A stretch of DNA of 64,000 nt, taken from NCBI GenBank assembly GCA_965228735.1, contig OZ245838.1, positions 2,368,001 through 2,432,000 of the forward strand. Direction: 5' to 3'. The notes below the pieces were generated by a model that made no database searches, was not told the origin of the DNA, and saw nothing but the letters and a program-made list of their open reading frames with translations. Below, one piece after another: positions 48,535 through 57,458 of the stretch. Both the position numbers and the translations under genes were made by a program. This stretch comes from Planctomycetota bacterium (lineage in GTDB: Bacteria; Planctomycetota; UBA1135; UBA2386). Each line of letters starts with the position of its first letter. Within the stretch, counting starts at the first letter, position 1.

Positions 48535-50039
48535 GCAAGAAGGGACACGACGGCCCCGGCCGGAAAGCCGGCCAGAAAGATCAGGCCCAGGCTGCGCAGG
48601 GACCGAGCACGCAGATGTGGGGCGGTCGCTTCTCCGGCGGGCTCGCGCCCGAGTTCGAAGCGTTCCAGAAGAGCCTGCCGGTCGACCGCGCGCTCGCGCT
48701 GGCGGACCTCGAGACCAACCTCGCGTGGAGCGAGGCGCTCGTGACCGCGGGCATCTTCGATCGCGCCGAGGCCACGACGGTCCAGAACGCGATCCGCGAG
48801 CTGGCGCAACTCTGGACGACGCGCGGCATCGCGACCGACGATCCGGCCGAGGACATCCACAGCCTCGTCGAACGTGAGCTCGTCGAACGCTGCGGCGATC
48901 TCGGCAAACGCATCCACACCGGCCGCTCCCGCAACGACCAGGTCGCGACCGACCTCCGGCTCCACCTGCGCGACCGCGGGTTCGCACTCGTCCTCGCGAT
49001 CGAGTCGGTCTGTCGCGCGCTCGTCGACCTCGCGAGCAAGTACTCCGACGCGCCGATCCCGGGCTACACCCACCTGCAGCGGGCGCAGCCCATCACGATC
49101 GGGCACCACGCGCTCGCCCACGCCGAAGCGCTCGGCCGGGACCGTCAGCGCCTCGTCGAGGCGATCATCAAGATGGACAGCTGTCCGCTCGGCAGCGCCG
49201 CGCTGGCCGGCACCACGCTGCCGATCGATCGCGAGGAGCTCGCCCTCCGCCTCGACTTCACGGGCGGCGCGACGCGCAACAGTCTCGATGCGACGTCCGC
49301 GCGCGATCACGTGTGCGATTACCTCTACGTCTGCGCGATGGCGATGACGCACCTGTCGCGGCTGTGCGAGGACTACGTGTTCTTCGCCTCGCACGAGACC
49401 GGCTTCCTGCGCTTCGGCGACGCCGTTTCGACGGGCTCGAGCCTGATGCCGCAGAAGCGCAACCCCGACGCGATGGAGCTCGTGCGCGGCAAGACCGGTC
49501 AGGTGCAGGGTGCGCTCATGGCGATGCTGACGACGGTGAAGGGCCTGCCGATGGCCTACAGCCGCGACCTGCAGACCGACAAGGAAGTGCTGTTCCCCGC
49601 GCTGCAGACGACCGCGGACTGCCTCGAGGTCACGGCGATCGCGCTGCAGAACGTCACGTTCGATCGCGAACGCTGCCGCGCGGAGGCCGACCGCGGCTAC
49701 CTCAACGCGACCGACCTCGCCGACCTGCTCGTAGCCGAGGGCGTCCCGTTCCGCGATGCGCACGACGTGGTCGGCCACGCGGTCGATCGCGCGGTCGACC
49801 GGGGCGTCGAGCTGCACGAACTCGGCGACGACGACTGGCGCGAGCTGCTGCCGGAGCTCGCGCCCGAACGCCGCGAGACGCTCGGCGTCGACGCGATCCT
49901 CGCGCGCCGCGCGGCGATCGGCGGCACGGCCCCCACCGCGGTGAAGCACGAGATCCAGCGCTGGCAGGAGCGCCTCGCGGATTGGCACGACGAGCTCATG
50001 GACGACGAGGACGAGGACTACGAGGACGAATCGGTATGA
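48531..50039 (+). CDS. argH: Argininosuccinate lyase
   Basis: MWGGRF, HTGRSRNDQVATD, GYTHLQRAQP, STGSSLMPQKRNPD; acidic C-terminal tail. Confidence 0.97.
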   Translation: MSKKGHDGPGRKAGQKDQAQAAQGPSTQMWGGRFSGGLAPEFEAFQKSLPVDRALALADLETNLAWSEALVTAGIFDRAEATTVQNAIRELAQLWTTRGIATDDPAEDIHSLVERELVERCGDLGKRIHTGRSRNDQVATDLRLHLRDRGFALVLAIESVCRALVDLASKYSDAPIPGYTHLQRAQPITIGHHALAHAEALGRDRQRLVEAIIKMDSCPLGSAALAGTTLPIDREELALRLDFTGGATRNSLDATSARDHVCDYLYVCAMAMTHLSRLCEDYVFFASHETGFLRFGDAVSTGSSLMPQKRNPDAMELVRGKTGQVQGALMAMLTTVKGLPMAYSRDLQTDKEVLFPALQTTADCLEVTAIALQNVTFDRERCRAEADRGYLNATDLADLLVAEGVPFRDAHDVVGHAVDRAVDRGVELHELGDDDWRELLPELAPERRETLGVDAILARRAAIGGTAPTAVKHEIQRWQERLADWHDELMDDEDEDYEDESV

Positions 50040-50665
50040 GCGGCAAGACCGTGACCGTGCGACCGGCGCGCATCACCGATACGACGCCGATCCTGACGCT
50101 CGTCAATGAGCTCGCGTTGCGCCAGATCATGCTGCCGCGCTCGCCGGCGTCGGTGATCGAGAACATCCGCGACTTCCTGGTCGCGGAGGTCGACGGCAAA
50201 CTCGCCGGCTGCGGGGCGCTCGCGGTCACCTGGACCGATCTCGGCGAGATCCGCTCGCTCGCGGTGCACCCCGATCACCAAAAAGATGGCATCGGGCGGG
50301 CGCTCGTCGATGCGCTCGTCGCCGACGCGGAGCGGCTCGGCCTGCCGCAGCTGTTCGCGTTCACCTACGTCCCCGGCTTCTTCACCAAGGTCGGGTTCGA
50401 AGAATGCGAGCACGAAGACCTGCCGCACAAAGTCTTCAACGACTGCATGCACTGCCCCAAGTTCATGGCCTGCGACGAGATCGCGATGACGCGGGTGCTC
50501 GCGCCCGAGGCCGGGGCCGGTGCCGCGAAAGTATTCGGCAAGCCGCAACGTGCGATTCCGCTCCCCCAACGGACCCCGGGCTTCCAGGGCGGACTCGGTT
50601 TCGCACGCCCCGTTCGCGCCGGGGAAGCGGCGTCGGAGGGCCCCGATCCGGCACCCGAAAGTTGA
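50036..50665 (+). CDS. argA: Short GNAT N-acetylglutamate synthase
   Basis: MLPRS, IRDF, GCGAL, EIRSLAV, GIGRALV, LPHKVFNDCMHCPKFMACDE; ATGA overlap with argH. Confidence 0.85.
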   Translation: MSGKTVTVRPARITDTTPILTLVNELALRQIMLPRSPASVIENIRDFLVAEVDGKLAGCGALAVTWTDLGEIRSLAVHPDHQKDGIGRALVDALVADAERLGLPQLFAFTYVPGFFTKVGFEECEHEDLPHKVFNDCMHCPKFMACDEIAMTRVLAPEAGAGAAKVFGKPQRAIPLPQRTPGFQGGLGFARPVRAGEAASEGPDPAPES

Positions 50666-50872
50666 CGGAACCGCTTGCCTCGTCGGGTTTTCCACATCCC
50701 GAGACGAGCAGAACGGCTTGACCCTGGGCCATCTGGCTGCACAATTCCCTACGCCCCTCCCGATCCGCGGCTTCTCCCCTTTGTGCGGAATCGGTTACGG
50801 CCCACGACTGTGGGGCTATGCCCCCCGACCTCATCCCCTGTCCCGCAGTCCCAGGGTAAGTTTGCATTGGTA

Positions 50873-53800
50873 ATGGCCATGACTCCAGTTGGATCCAACC
50901 GTCGGTTCTCCTCCGTCGCACTCACTGCGACGGGCCTCGCCCTCCTCGCTGGCTGCTCCGGCTCCAGTGATGCGACCACGGGCGAACTCAGCCCGACCAA
51001 CAAGTTCCTGGTCGTTCGCACGGAGCCGGTCAACAACGGCATCGTCTTCCTCAACGATCCGATCCAGGTCGACTTCTCGCGGCCGATCGATCTCAACTCG
51101 GCCAACCTGAACACCGTCACGTTCCAGGTGCTCGACCAGCAGGGTCAGCCCACGGCCGAACTGGTATCGGGTTCGTTCTCGGTCGTCGCGAGTCCTGGGG
51201 ACGAAGGCACGATCGGCCGTCGTCTGCGCTTCACGCCGACGTTCGCGTCGAACAACGAATACGACACCGGTGGCTTCCGCGCCGGGCGCACCTACCTGGT
51301 CCAGCTCGTCGGCGGCAACCGACTCAACGGCACGGTGCTGCGCGACACGGGCGGGCGCGCGCTCGAAAACCCGGTGACGTTCCAGTTCTCGACGGTCGAG
51401 GGCACGTCGCCGGCCCAGCTCTTCCGCAACCCCGGCGCCGGTGGTCCGCGCCGCACGGTGCAGAACGGCCTGACGATCTCCAACACGACGGATCTGAACG
51501 CGGTGCCGCTGAATCTCTTCGGCGCCCCGCCCGTCGAGGTCCGACTGAACTTCGATCAGGCGCTCAACCCGAACGACGGCAACGTGCCGGTCGCGCTCGA
51601 TACGAATCCGCTGGTTCGGGACATCGGCAACCGCGGCCGCATCTACCTCGAGTACGACGATCCGGAGTTCGGCCTCAACACCTGGATCCCGGCCGACGTC
51701 GCCCTCGAGCGCAACGATCTGACCGGCGCGACGGTCGTGCTGCGGCCAGTCGGCGTGCTGCCGAACAACGCCGAGATCCGCGTCATCGTGTCGGCGGAGC
51801 TCGAGGACATCTCGGGCGAGTCGAACGCGGGCAACCTGGCCTACAACCGCGTCTTCGGCACCTTCCGGACCGACGATTCCTACGCCCAGCAGTTCAACGG
51901 CATCGCCGACTCGTTCACGACGTCGGACAACATCGACTTCGCGGCGCCGTTCGCCGAGCCGCAGGCCGAGGTCGGCCCGGGCTACATCAAGGCGGGCTTC
52001 GAGTTCGAAGGCAGCAACACCGTGCTCGAGTACGAGCCGAACGTGCTCGAGGTCGTGCTCAACACCTCGTTCACGCAGATCGTGCCGAAGACGGGCCTGC
52101 CCTTCAACGTCGCGGGCGGCGTGTTCAACTTCGCCAACGTGACGATCCCGCAGGGCGTCCAGGTCAAGGGCCAGGGCCCCAACCCGATGGTCTGGCTCGT
52201 GAGCGGCAACTTCAAGGTCGCCGGCCACCTGTCGGTCGACGGCGGTGAGGGCGCGCGTGTCGACACGCTCAACTCGGCCAACTTCGCGAAGGCCGGTGGC
52301 GTCGGCGTGTGCGGCGGCGGCAACGGCGGCCCCGGCACTCCGAGCGGTCAGTCGCGCGACGCGCGCGGCGGCACGGGCAACGGCCCGCTGCAGGTTCCAG
52401 GCCTCGGCGGCGGCGGTGGCTACCTCGCGTGCCTCGCGGGTTGCTACACGGGCACCGGCTACAACGGTTCGGGCGGTGGCTCGGGCGGCGGTGGCGGCAC
52501 GCTCGCGACCCAGGGTGACCCGTGGTACGACGACGACACCTACGCGCCGGGCACGTTCGACCAGAAGCTCGGCATCGGCGGCCGCGGCTGCAGCGGCGGC
52601 TCCGGCACGCGCACGGCGTTCCTCGAAGGTGGCGAGGCCGGCCAGGCCGTCTTCACCGACGCCCGCGAAGACAACGACTTCTGGGGCGCTGGCGTGAGCC
52701 TGCGTCCGGGCCGCACCGTGCGCATCACGGGCGAGCTGACCGTCCCGATGGGCGGCGGCGGCGGCGGTGGCGGTGGCGATACCGCGCACAACCAGAACTG
52801 CAGTCTCACCGACACGACCTTCGCCAACGACTACAGCGGTGGCGGCGGCGGCGGCGGCGGCGGCGTCCTCATCGTCAAGGCGCTCGGTGAGATCGAGATC
52901 ACCGAGACCGGCAAGATCACGGCCAACGGCGGCAACGGCGGCGGCGGCGAACAGGTCGGCGCGTGCGGTGAAGCCGGCGGCGGCGGCTCCGGCTCGGGTG
53001 GCCTCATCGTCCTGATGTCGGCGACCGGCATCAAGATCCACGCCCACCAGACGAACGGCCGCTACACCTACTCCGGCGACCCGACACTGCCGAACAACTC
53101 GCAGACCAGCCGCAACTACGACTTCGCCATCTCGGCGGACGGCGGCGTCTGCCGCACGGGTCAGTTCGGCGCGCCGGTCGTGCGCACGAAGTATCCGGCG
53201 AGCGGCCAGGCGGTGATGCCCGGCACGACCTACGACGGCAACCCGCTCGGCGCGCTCGGCGGCATGGGCATCGTCCAGCTGATGACGCCCCCGGGCGATA
53301 ACCAGGACAACACCAACACCTACCTCGACGACAACATCGAGTTCATCCTGCCGGTCAACCCGCCGGCGGGCATCGACAAGCGCGTGATGCTCGGCTGGCG
53401 CGGCATCCCGGACGATACCGGCACGTTCTACGACGACTTCGACAACGTCATCCCGGACTCGTTCGGCGCGGGCGACATCCGGCCGCAGCCGATCCTGCTG
53501 CCGGTGCCGTTCAACGCCAAGTCGCGCATCCGCAGCAAGTGGCTCGACACCGGCGCGAGCCGGCGCCGCCTCGTCGCGACCGAAACCGGCGCGCGCGGCC
53601 TGCTGAACAACGGCACGAACGAGCAGGGCCCGATCTTCGAGTTCGCGGGCATCGACAAGGGCTTCGGACCGAACGCCGGCTACGTCAACTACCAGCCGCT
53701 CGGCCAGGCCGGCGTGCGCATCGAGCAGCCGCTCGTCAACACGATCGGCACCGTCCCGATCGTCGCTCTCTCGGCGGACGCGACCTACCTCGGCCAGCCG

Positions 53801-54367
53801 GCCTACCAGCTCACGGCCGCGGCCAACTCGTTCGGCACGGTCGCCGACCGCTACGTGCAACACGAAGCCGAGCTGCTCGATACCAACGGCAACCCGGTCG
53901 GCAGCCTCCGCATCCTGTCGCACGACGACGACTCGCTGCTGCTCTCGACCGAAGCCGGCCTGCTGCCCACGGGCAGCACGCAGGTGCGGATCCGCAAGAA
54001 GTTCTTCCGCATCGCGACGAACGGCAGCGAGGGCCTCGGCCCCGTCTACGTCGACCAGCAGAGCGCGAGCCCGACCCCAATCCCGAACGCCAACGTCCGC
54101 ATCGGCTTCGCGTTCCACCAGGATCCGGCCGGCAACCCGAGTGGCCGCTTCCCCGACCCGGCGACGTCGAACGGTGAGCTCTTCATCTACGACCTCGAGC
54201 GGGCCGACTTCCTCAGCTGGATCGCCGCGAACGGCGCCCCGAGCTACGTCCAGTACGACGTCACGTTCGACATCGTCTACGAGCCGACGGCCCTGAGCGC
54301 CCCGAGCCTGAACCCGAACTCGCCGCGCCCGCAGCTCGACTACCTGCGGCTACCGTTCCGGTTCTAG
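50873..54367 (+). CDS. Large surface lipoprotein with Ig-like domains and a poly-glycine-rich domain
   Basis: Lipobox LAGC; Big_5-like segments (IQVDFSRPID...LRDTGGRAL...FQFST and VRLNFDQAL...LEDISG...FRT); many GGGGG runs. Confidence 0.8.
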   Translation: MAMTPVGSNRRFSSVALTATGLALLAGCSGSSDATTGELSPTNKFLVVRTEPVNNGIVFLNDPIQVDFSRPIDLNSANLNTVTFQVLDQQGQPTAELVSGSFSVVASPGDEGTIGRRLRFTPTFASNNEYDTGGFRAGRTYLVQLVGGNRLNGTVLRDTGGRALENPVTFQFSTVEGTSPAQLFRNPGAGGPRRTVQNGLTISNTTDLNAVPLNLFGAPPVEVRLNFDQALNPNDGNVPVALDTNPLVRDIGNRGRIYLEYDDPEFGLNTWIPADVALERNDLTGATVVLRPVGVLPNNAEIRVIVSAELEDISGESNAGNLAYNRVFGTFRTDDSYAQQFNGIADSFTTSDNIDFAAPFAEPQAEVGPGYIKAGFEFEGSNTVLEYEPNVLEVVLNTSFTQIVPKTGLPFNVAGGVFNFANVTIPQGVQVKGQGPNPMVWLVSGNFKVAGHLSVDGGEGARVDTLNSANFAKAGGVGVCGGGNGGPGTPSGQSRDARGGTGNGPLQVPGLGGGGGYLACLAGCYTGTGYNGSGGGSGGGGGTLATQGDPWYDDDTYAPGTFDQKLGIGGRGCSGGSGTRTAFLEGGEAGQAVFTDAREDNDFWGAGVSLRPGRTVRITGELTVPMGGGGGGGGGDTAHNQNCSLTDTTFANDYSGGGGGGGGGVLIVKALGEIEITETGKITANGGNGGGGEQVGACGEAGGGGSGSGGLIVLMSATGIKIHAHQTNGRYTYSGDPTLPNNSQTSRNYDFAISADGGVCRTGQFGAPVVRTKYPASGQAVMPGTTYDGNPLGALGGMGIVQLMTPPGDNQDNTNTYLDDNIEFILPVNPPAGIDKRVMLGWRGIPDDTGTFYDDFDNVIPDSFGAGDIRPQPILLPVPFNAKSRIRSKWLDTGASRRRLVATETGARGLLNNGTNEQGPIFEFAGIDKGFGPNAGYVNYQPLGQAGVRIEQPLVNTIGTVPIVALSADATYLGQPAYQLTAAANSFGTVADRYVQHEAELLDTNGNPVGSLRILSHDDDSLLLSTEAGLLPTGSTQVRIRKKFFRIATNGSEGLGPVYVDQQSASPTPIPNANVRIGFAFHQDPAGNPSGRFPDPATSNGELFIYDLERADFLSWIAANGAPSYVQYDVTFDIVYEPTALSAPSLNPNSPRPQLDYLRLPFRF

Positions 54368-54411
54368 CTCGCGAGTCGACGACCGCCGGCGCTCGAACGC
54401 CGGCGCCGATC

Positions 54412-54436
54412 CCGGCCACCTGACGGTGGCCGGTTT
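54412..54436 (+). terminator. Probable intrinsic terminator
   Basis: CCGGCCACC-tgac-GGTGGCCGG followed by TTT. Confidence 0.6.
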
Positions 54437-54477
54437 CATGTACGGAGCGAAACGGCCAGGCCGCGTACGATGACGGT

Positions 54478-55665
54478 ATGCCGCTCGCTCCCATCACGGA
54501 CGATGTCCCGCTGCCGGCCGGCCTGCGCGCGGCGGGACTGCACTGCGGACTCAAGCGCGCGGGCGAGCTCGACCTCGGCCTGCTCGTCGCCGACCGGCCG
54601 CTCGCCGCCGCCGCGGTCTTCACGCAGAACCGCCTCCTGGGCGCGCACGTGCCGGTCTGTCGCGACCATCTCGATCGCAGCGGCGGCCGCGTGCGCGCGG
54701 TGCTCGTGAACTCGCGCAACGCCAACTGCGCGACCGGGCAACAGGGGATCGAGGACGCGCGCCACTGCTGCGCCGAGCTCGCGCGCCGCCTCGACTGTCC
54801 GACGGAGCAGGTGCTCATGGTCAGCACGGGCGTCATCGGCGCGATGCTCCCCACCGCCAGGATCACGGAGCATCTCGACGACCTGCTCGCTGCCGCCACG
54901 CCGACCGGCGGCGCGGCCTTCGCCCGCGCCATCATGACGACGGACACGTATCCGAAGGCGCTCGGCCGCAGCACCGGCAACGATGGCCGCGTCACCGGCT
55001 TTGCCAAGGGCTCGGGGATGATCCACCCCGACATGGCGACCATGCTCGGCTTCCTGACCACGGACCGCGGCTTCGAAGACCCCGCGGCCGGAGCGACGGC
55101 ACTGCGCCGCATCAACCAACGCACGATGCAGCGCGTGACCGTCGACGGCGACACCTCGCCGAACGACACCCTGCTGCTGCTGCACGACCCGGCCACCCCG
55201 ACCGACCCCACGACTCTCGAGGCCGATCTGACCGCGATCGGCCAGGACCTCGCCCGCCACATCGCTGCGGACGGCGAAGGCGCCACGCGGTTCATCACCG
55301 TCGAGGTCCGCGGCGCTGCCGACGAGGCCCAGGCCACCGACGTCGGCCGTGTCATCGCCACGAGCCCGCTCGTGAAGACCGCCATCGCGGGCCGCGACCC
55401 CAACTGGGGCCGCATCCTTTCCGCCGCCGGCCGCGCCGGCATCGCGTTCGACCCCGAACGTGCGCGGGTCTGGGTCGGCGACGCCGAGGTCTACCGCCAC
55501 GGCCGCCCCCACCCGGAAGCCGAGGGCCCGGGCAGCCGCCACCTGCAGGACAACGAACACATCACGATCGGCGTCGACCTCGGCCTTGCCACTGCTGGCG
55601 CCGACGTGTGGACCTGCGACCTCACGAAGGACTACGTGCAGATCAACGCCGACTATCGCACCTGA
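54478..55665 (+). CDS. argJ: Glutamate N-acetyltransferase / ornithine acetyltransferase
   Basis: AAVFTQN, NANCATG, STGVIG, IMTTDT, KGSGMIHPDMATMLGF, VDGDTSPND, DGEGAT, DPNWGRI, INADYRT. Confidence 0.96.
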   Translation: MPLAPITDDVPLPAGLRAAGLHCGLKRAGELDLGLLVADRPLAAAAVFTQNRLLGAHVPVCRDHLDRSGGRVRAVLVNSRNANCATGQQGIEDARHCCAELARRLDCPTEQVLMVSTGVIGAMLPTARITEHLDDLLAAATPTGGAAFARAIMTTDTYPKALGRSTGNDGRVTGFAKGSGMIHPDMATMLGFLTTDRGFEDPAAGATALRRINQRTMQRVTVDGDTSPNDTLLLLHDPATPTDPTTLEADLTAIGQDLARHIAADGEGATRFITVEVRGAADEAQATDVGRVIATSPLVKTAIAGRDPNWGRILSAAGRAGIAFDPERARVWVGDAEVYRHGRPHPEAEGPGSRHLQDNEHITIGVDLGLATAGADVWTCDLTKDYVQINADYRT

Positions 55666-55670
55666 CCGTG

Positions 55671-55739
55671 GCCGATGGGTTGAGTGTGGACGAGGAGAGC
55701 GGCCCCCCACCCGCCGGAATCCACACCCAAACCATCAGC
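55671..55739. repeat. Repeat family A, inverted doublet (69-bp MITE/REPIN-like unit)
   Basis: GCCGATGGGTTGAGTGTGGAC at 55671-55691 faces AATCCACACCCAAACCATCAGC at 55718-55739. Confidence 0.8.
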
Positions 55740-55782
55740 GCCGCAACGCGACGAGATCGGCGCGGGGGATCGGCGCGGGGGG

Positions 55783-56430
55783 TCAGCGCGGGGGGATCTT
55801 CACGAGCGTTCCGATCCGCAAGCGCCGCGCTTCCGCTTCGGTCCAGCCGTTGAGCTCGAGGATCTCATGCGACCGACGCATGGTCCCGAGATGCTGGCTG
55901 GCCAGATGCGAAATCGTCTGTCCGGATTGCAGTTCCACCTCGCGATACGTCGGCGCATCGACGTCCGGGGCGGGCCCGGGAGGAGCCGACGCCGTGCCGT
56001 CGTCCCGATCGAAACCCGAATCGCGTTCTCGGTCGTCCCCACCGTTGAGACTTCGATCACGACTTTCCCCGGGGCCCGAGCCCTCCAGCGCCTGCTCACG
56101 CCCGCGACCAGCACCGGATCCGGAACCGTCACGGCGCGGGGCGAGCCGTTCCCGACCGAGCAGGCTACCGATACTCCCCGCACCTGCCCCGCGCGCGCCG
56201 ACCGCTCGTCGCGGAGTGATCACCACGCCCGCGGACTGCAGCGCCGAACGCAGCGAGCCATGATTACCGCCGAGCTCGAGCACGAGCGTGCTATCGCCCG
56301 GCACGACCCGGTCCACGCCGCACGACGCCGCTGTGAACGCGATCACCAGGCCCGTCACGAACGTCGGCAACGTCGCAGCCCCCCGGCCACGACGCCCTAC
56401 CGACCCGACCCGATCGAATACCGCCCGCAT
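55783..56430 (-). CDS. LysM-domain protein, probable lipoprotein
   Basis: FTAASC lipobox-like motif; C-terminal LQSGQTISHLASQHLG...ILELNG...LRIGTLVKIP. Start uncertain. Confidence 0.7.
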   Translation of the reverse strand: MRAVFDRVGSVGRRGRGAATLPTFVTGLVIAFTAASCGVDRVVPGDSTLVLELGGNHGSLRSALQSAGVVITPRRAVGARGAGAGSIGSLLGRERLAPRRDGSGSGAGRGREQALEGSGPGESRDRSLNGGDDRERDSGFDRDDGTASAPPGPAPDVDAPTYREVELQSGQTISHLASQHLGTMRRSHEILELNGWTEAEARRLRIGTLVKIPPR

Positions 56431-56537
56431 GGCACCGCAGTATCGCAGATCCCGTCGCCGTTTTCGCCCCGTTGCCGGCAGGGCCACGACGGAACGACTG
56501 CTTGCACCGCACCGGCGACTGCCGGACAACTGCGCCA

Positions 56538-57317
56538 ATGTCCGCCCTTCGGGCCACCCTGCTCACCCTGCTGCCCAAGGTCCTGCTCTCCCGATTGACG
56601 GGTCTCGTCACGTCGATCCCACTGCCGCCCCCGTGCCGGGCCCCGCTGTACCGCTGGTTCGCCCGCCGGTATGGCGCCGAACTCGACGACATCGCGGGTG
56701 ACCTCCGCCGCTTCCGCAGCCTGCAGCAGTTCTTCCGCCGTCCCCTCCGCGCGGGCGCTCGTCCGGTCGCCGACGCCCGCCTCGTGTGGCCCTGCGATGG
56801 CCGCATCGTGACGACCGGCCCGATCCAGGACGGGCGCATCGAACAGGTGAAGGGCCGGGACTATGCACTCGCCGACCTCGTCGGCGATCGCGAGCTGGCT
56901 GCCGCTCTGTCCGGCGGCCGCCAGGCCACGATCTACCTCGCACCGGGCGACTACCACCGGGTCCACTCGCCGTTCGCCGGGCAGGTGACCCAGGTGACCG
57001 CGCTTCCCGGCACTCTCTTCCCCGTCAACCCACCGGCCGTCCGCAGTATCCGCGACCTGTTCGCTCGCAACGCACGTCACGTGTTCGCGTGTACCCTGGC
57101 CGAATCCATCCCGGCCGCCGTCGTCATGGTCGGGGCCTACAACGTCGGCGGCACGCTCGTGACGGTCGACGGGGGCCCCGTCGGCGCCGGTGACGAACTC
57201 GGCCAGTTCGGGTTCGGGTCGACGGCGATCGTCCTCATCGGGTCCGGAGGCCCCGAGATTCCGGATGTTCCGCCCGAGACCAAAACGCGCATGGGTGCCG
57301 CGATGCTGATGGGTTGA
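56538..57317 (+). CDS. psd: Phosphatidylserine decarboxylase proenzyme
   Basis: FFRRPL, PCDG, QVKG..Y, IYLAPGDYHRVHSP, VGAYNVG, and the FGFGST cleavage motif. Confidence 0.92.
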   Translation: MSALRATLLTLLPKVLLSRLTGLVTSIPLPPPCRAPLYRWFARRYGAELDDIAGDLRRFRSLQQFFRRPLRAGARPVADARLVWPCDGRIVTTGPIQDGRIEQVKGRDYALADLVGDRELAAALSGGRQATIYLAPGDYHRVHSPFAGQVTQVTALPGTLFPVNPPAVRSIRDLFARNARHVFACTLAESIPAAVVMVGAYNVGGTLVTVDGGPVGAGDELGQFGFGSTAIVLIGSGGPEIPDVPPETKTRMGAAMLMG

Positions 57318-57395
57318 GTGTGGATTCCCGCCCTCGAGCGCTGATGGCTCGAGTGTGGTTCTCGCGCACGCCCGCTGATGGCTCGAATGTGGATC
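57305..57395 (+). repeat. Repeat family A, tandem array of three copies, period 34-35 bp
   Basis: GCTGATGGGTTGAGTGTGGATT at 57305, GCTGATGGCTCGAGTGTGGTTC at 57340, GCTGATGGCTCGAATGTGGATC at 57374. Confidence 0.9.
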
Positions 57396-57458
57396 CGGGG
57401 CGGCTGCCAATCCGGCCTGGAAGCCCCGCCGAAGAAGGGGCCATCCAGCGGGCTAGTT

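Noticed and set aside
55755..55798. G-run triplet (GATCGGCGCGGGGG-like x3) as a G-quadruplex or regulatory element
   Set aside because: It has only three long G runs and looks like a local slippage duplication of the LysM gene 3' end
57305..57395. CRISPR array (also considered for 3089-3217 and 60490-60585)
   Set aside because: Repeats are about 22 bp and degenerate, spacers are mostly only 12-16 nt, copies are dispersed over many loci, and there are no cas genes in the window
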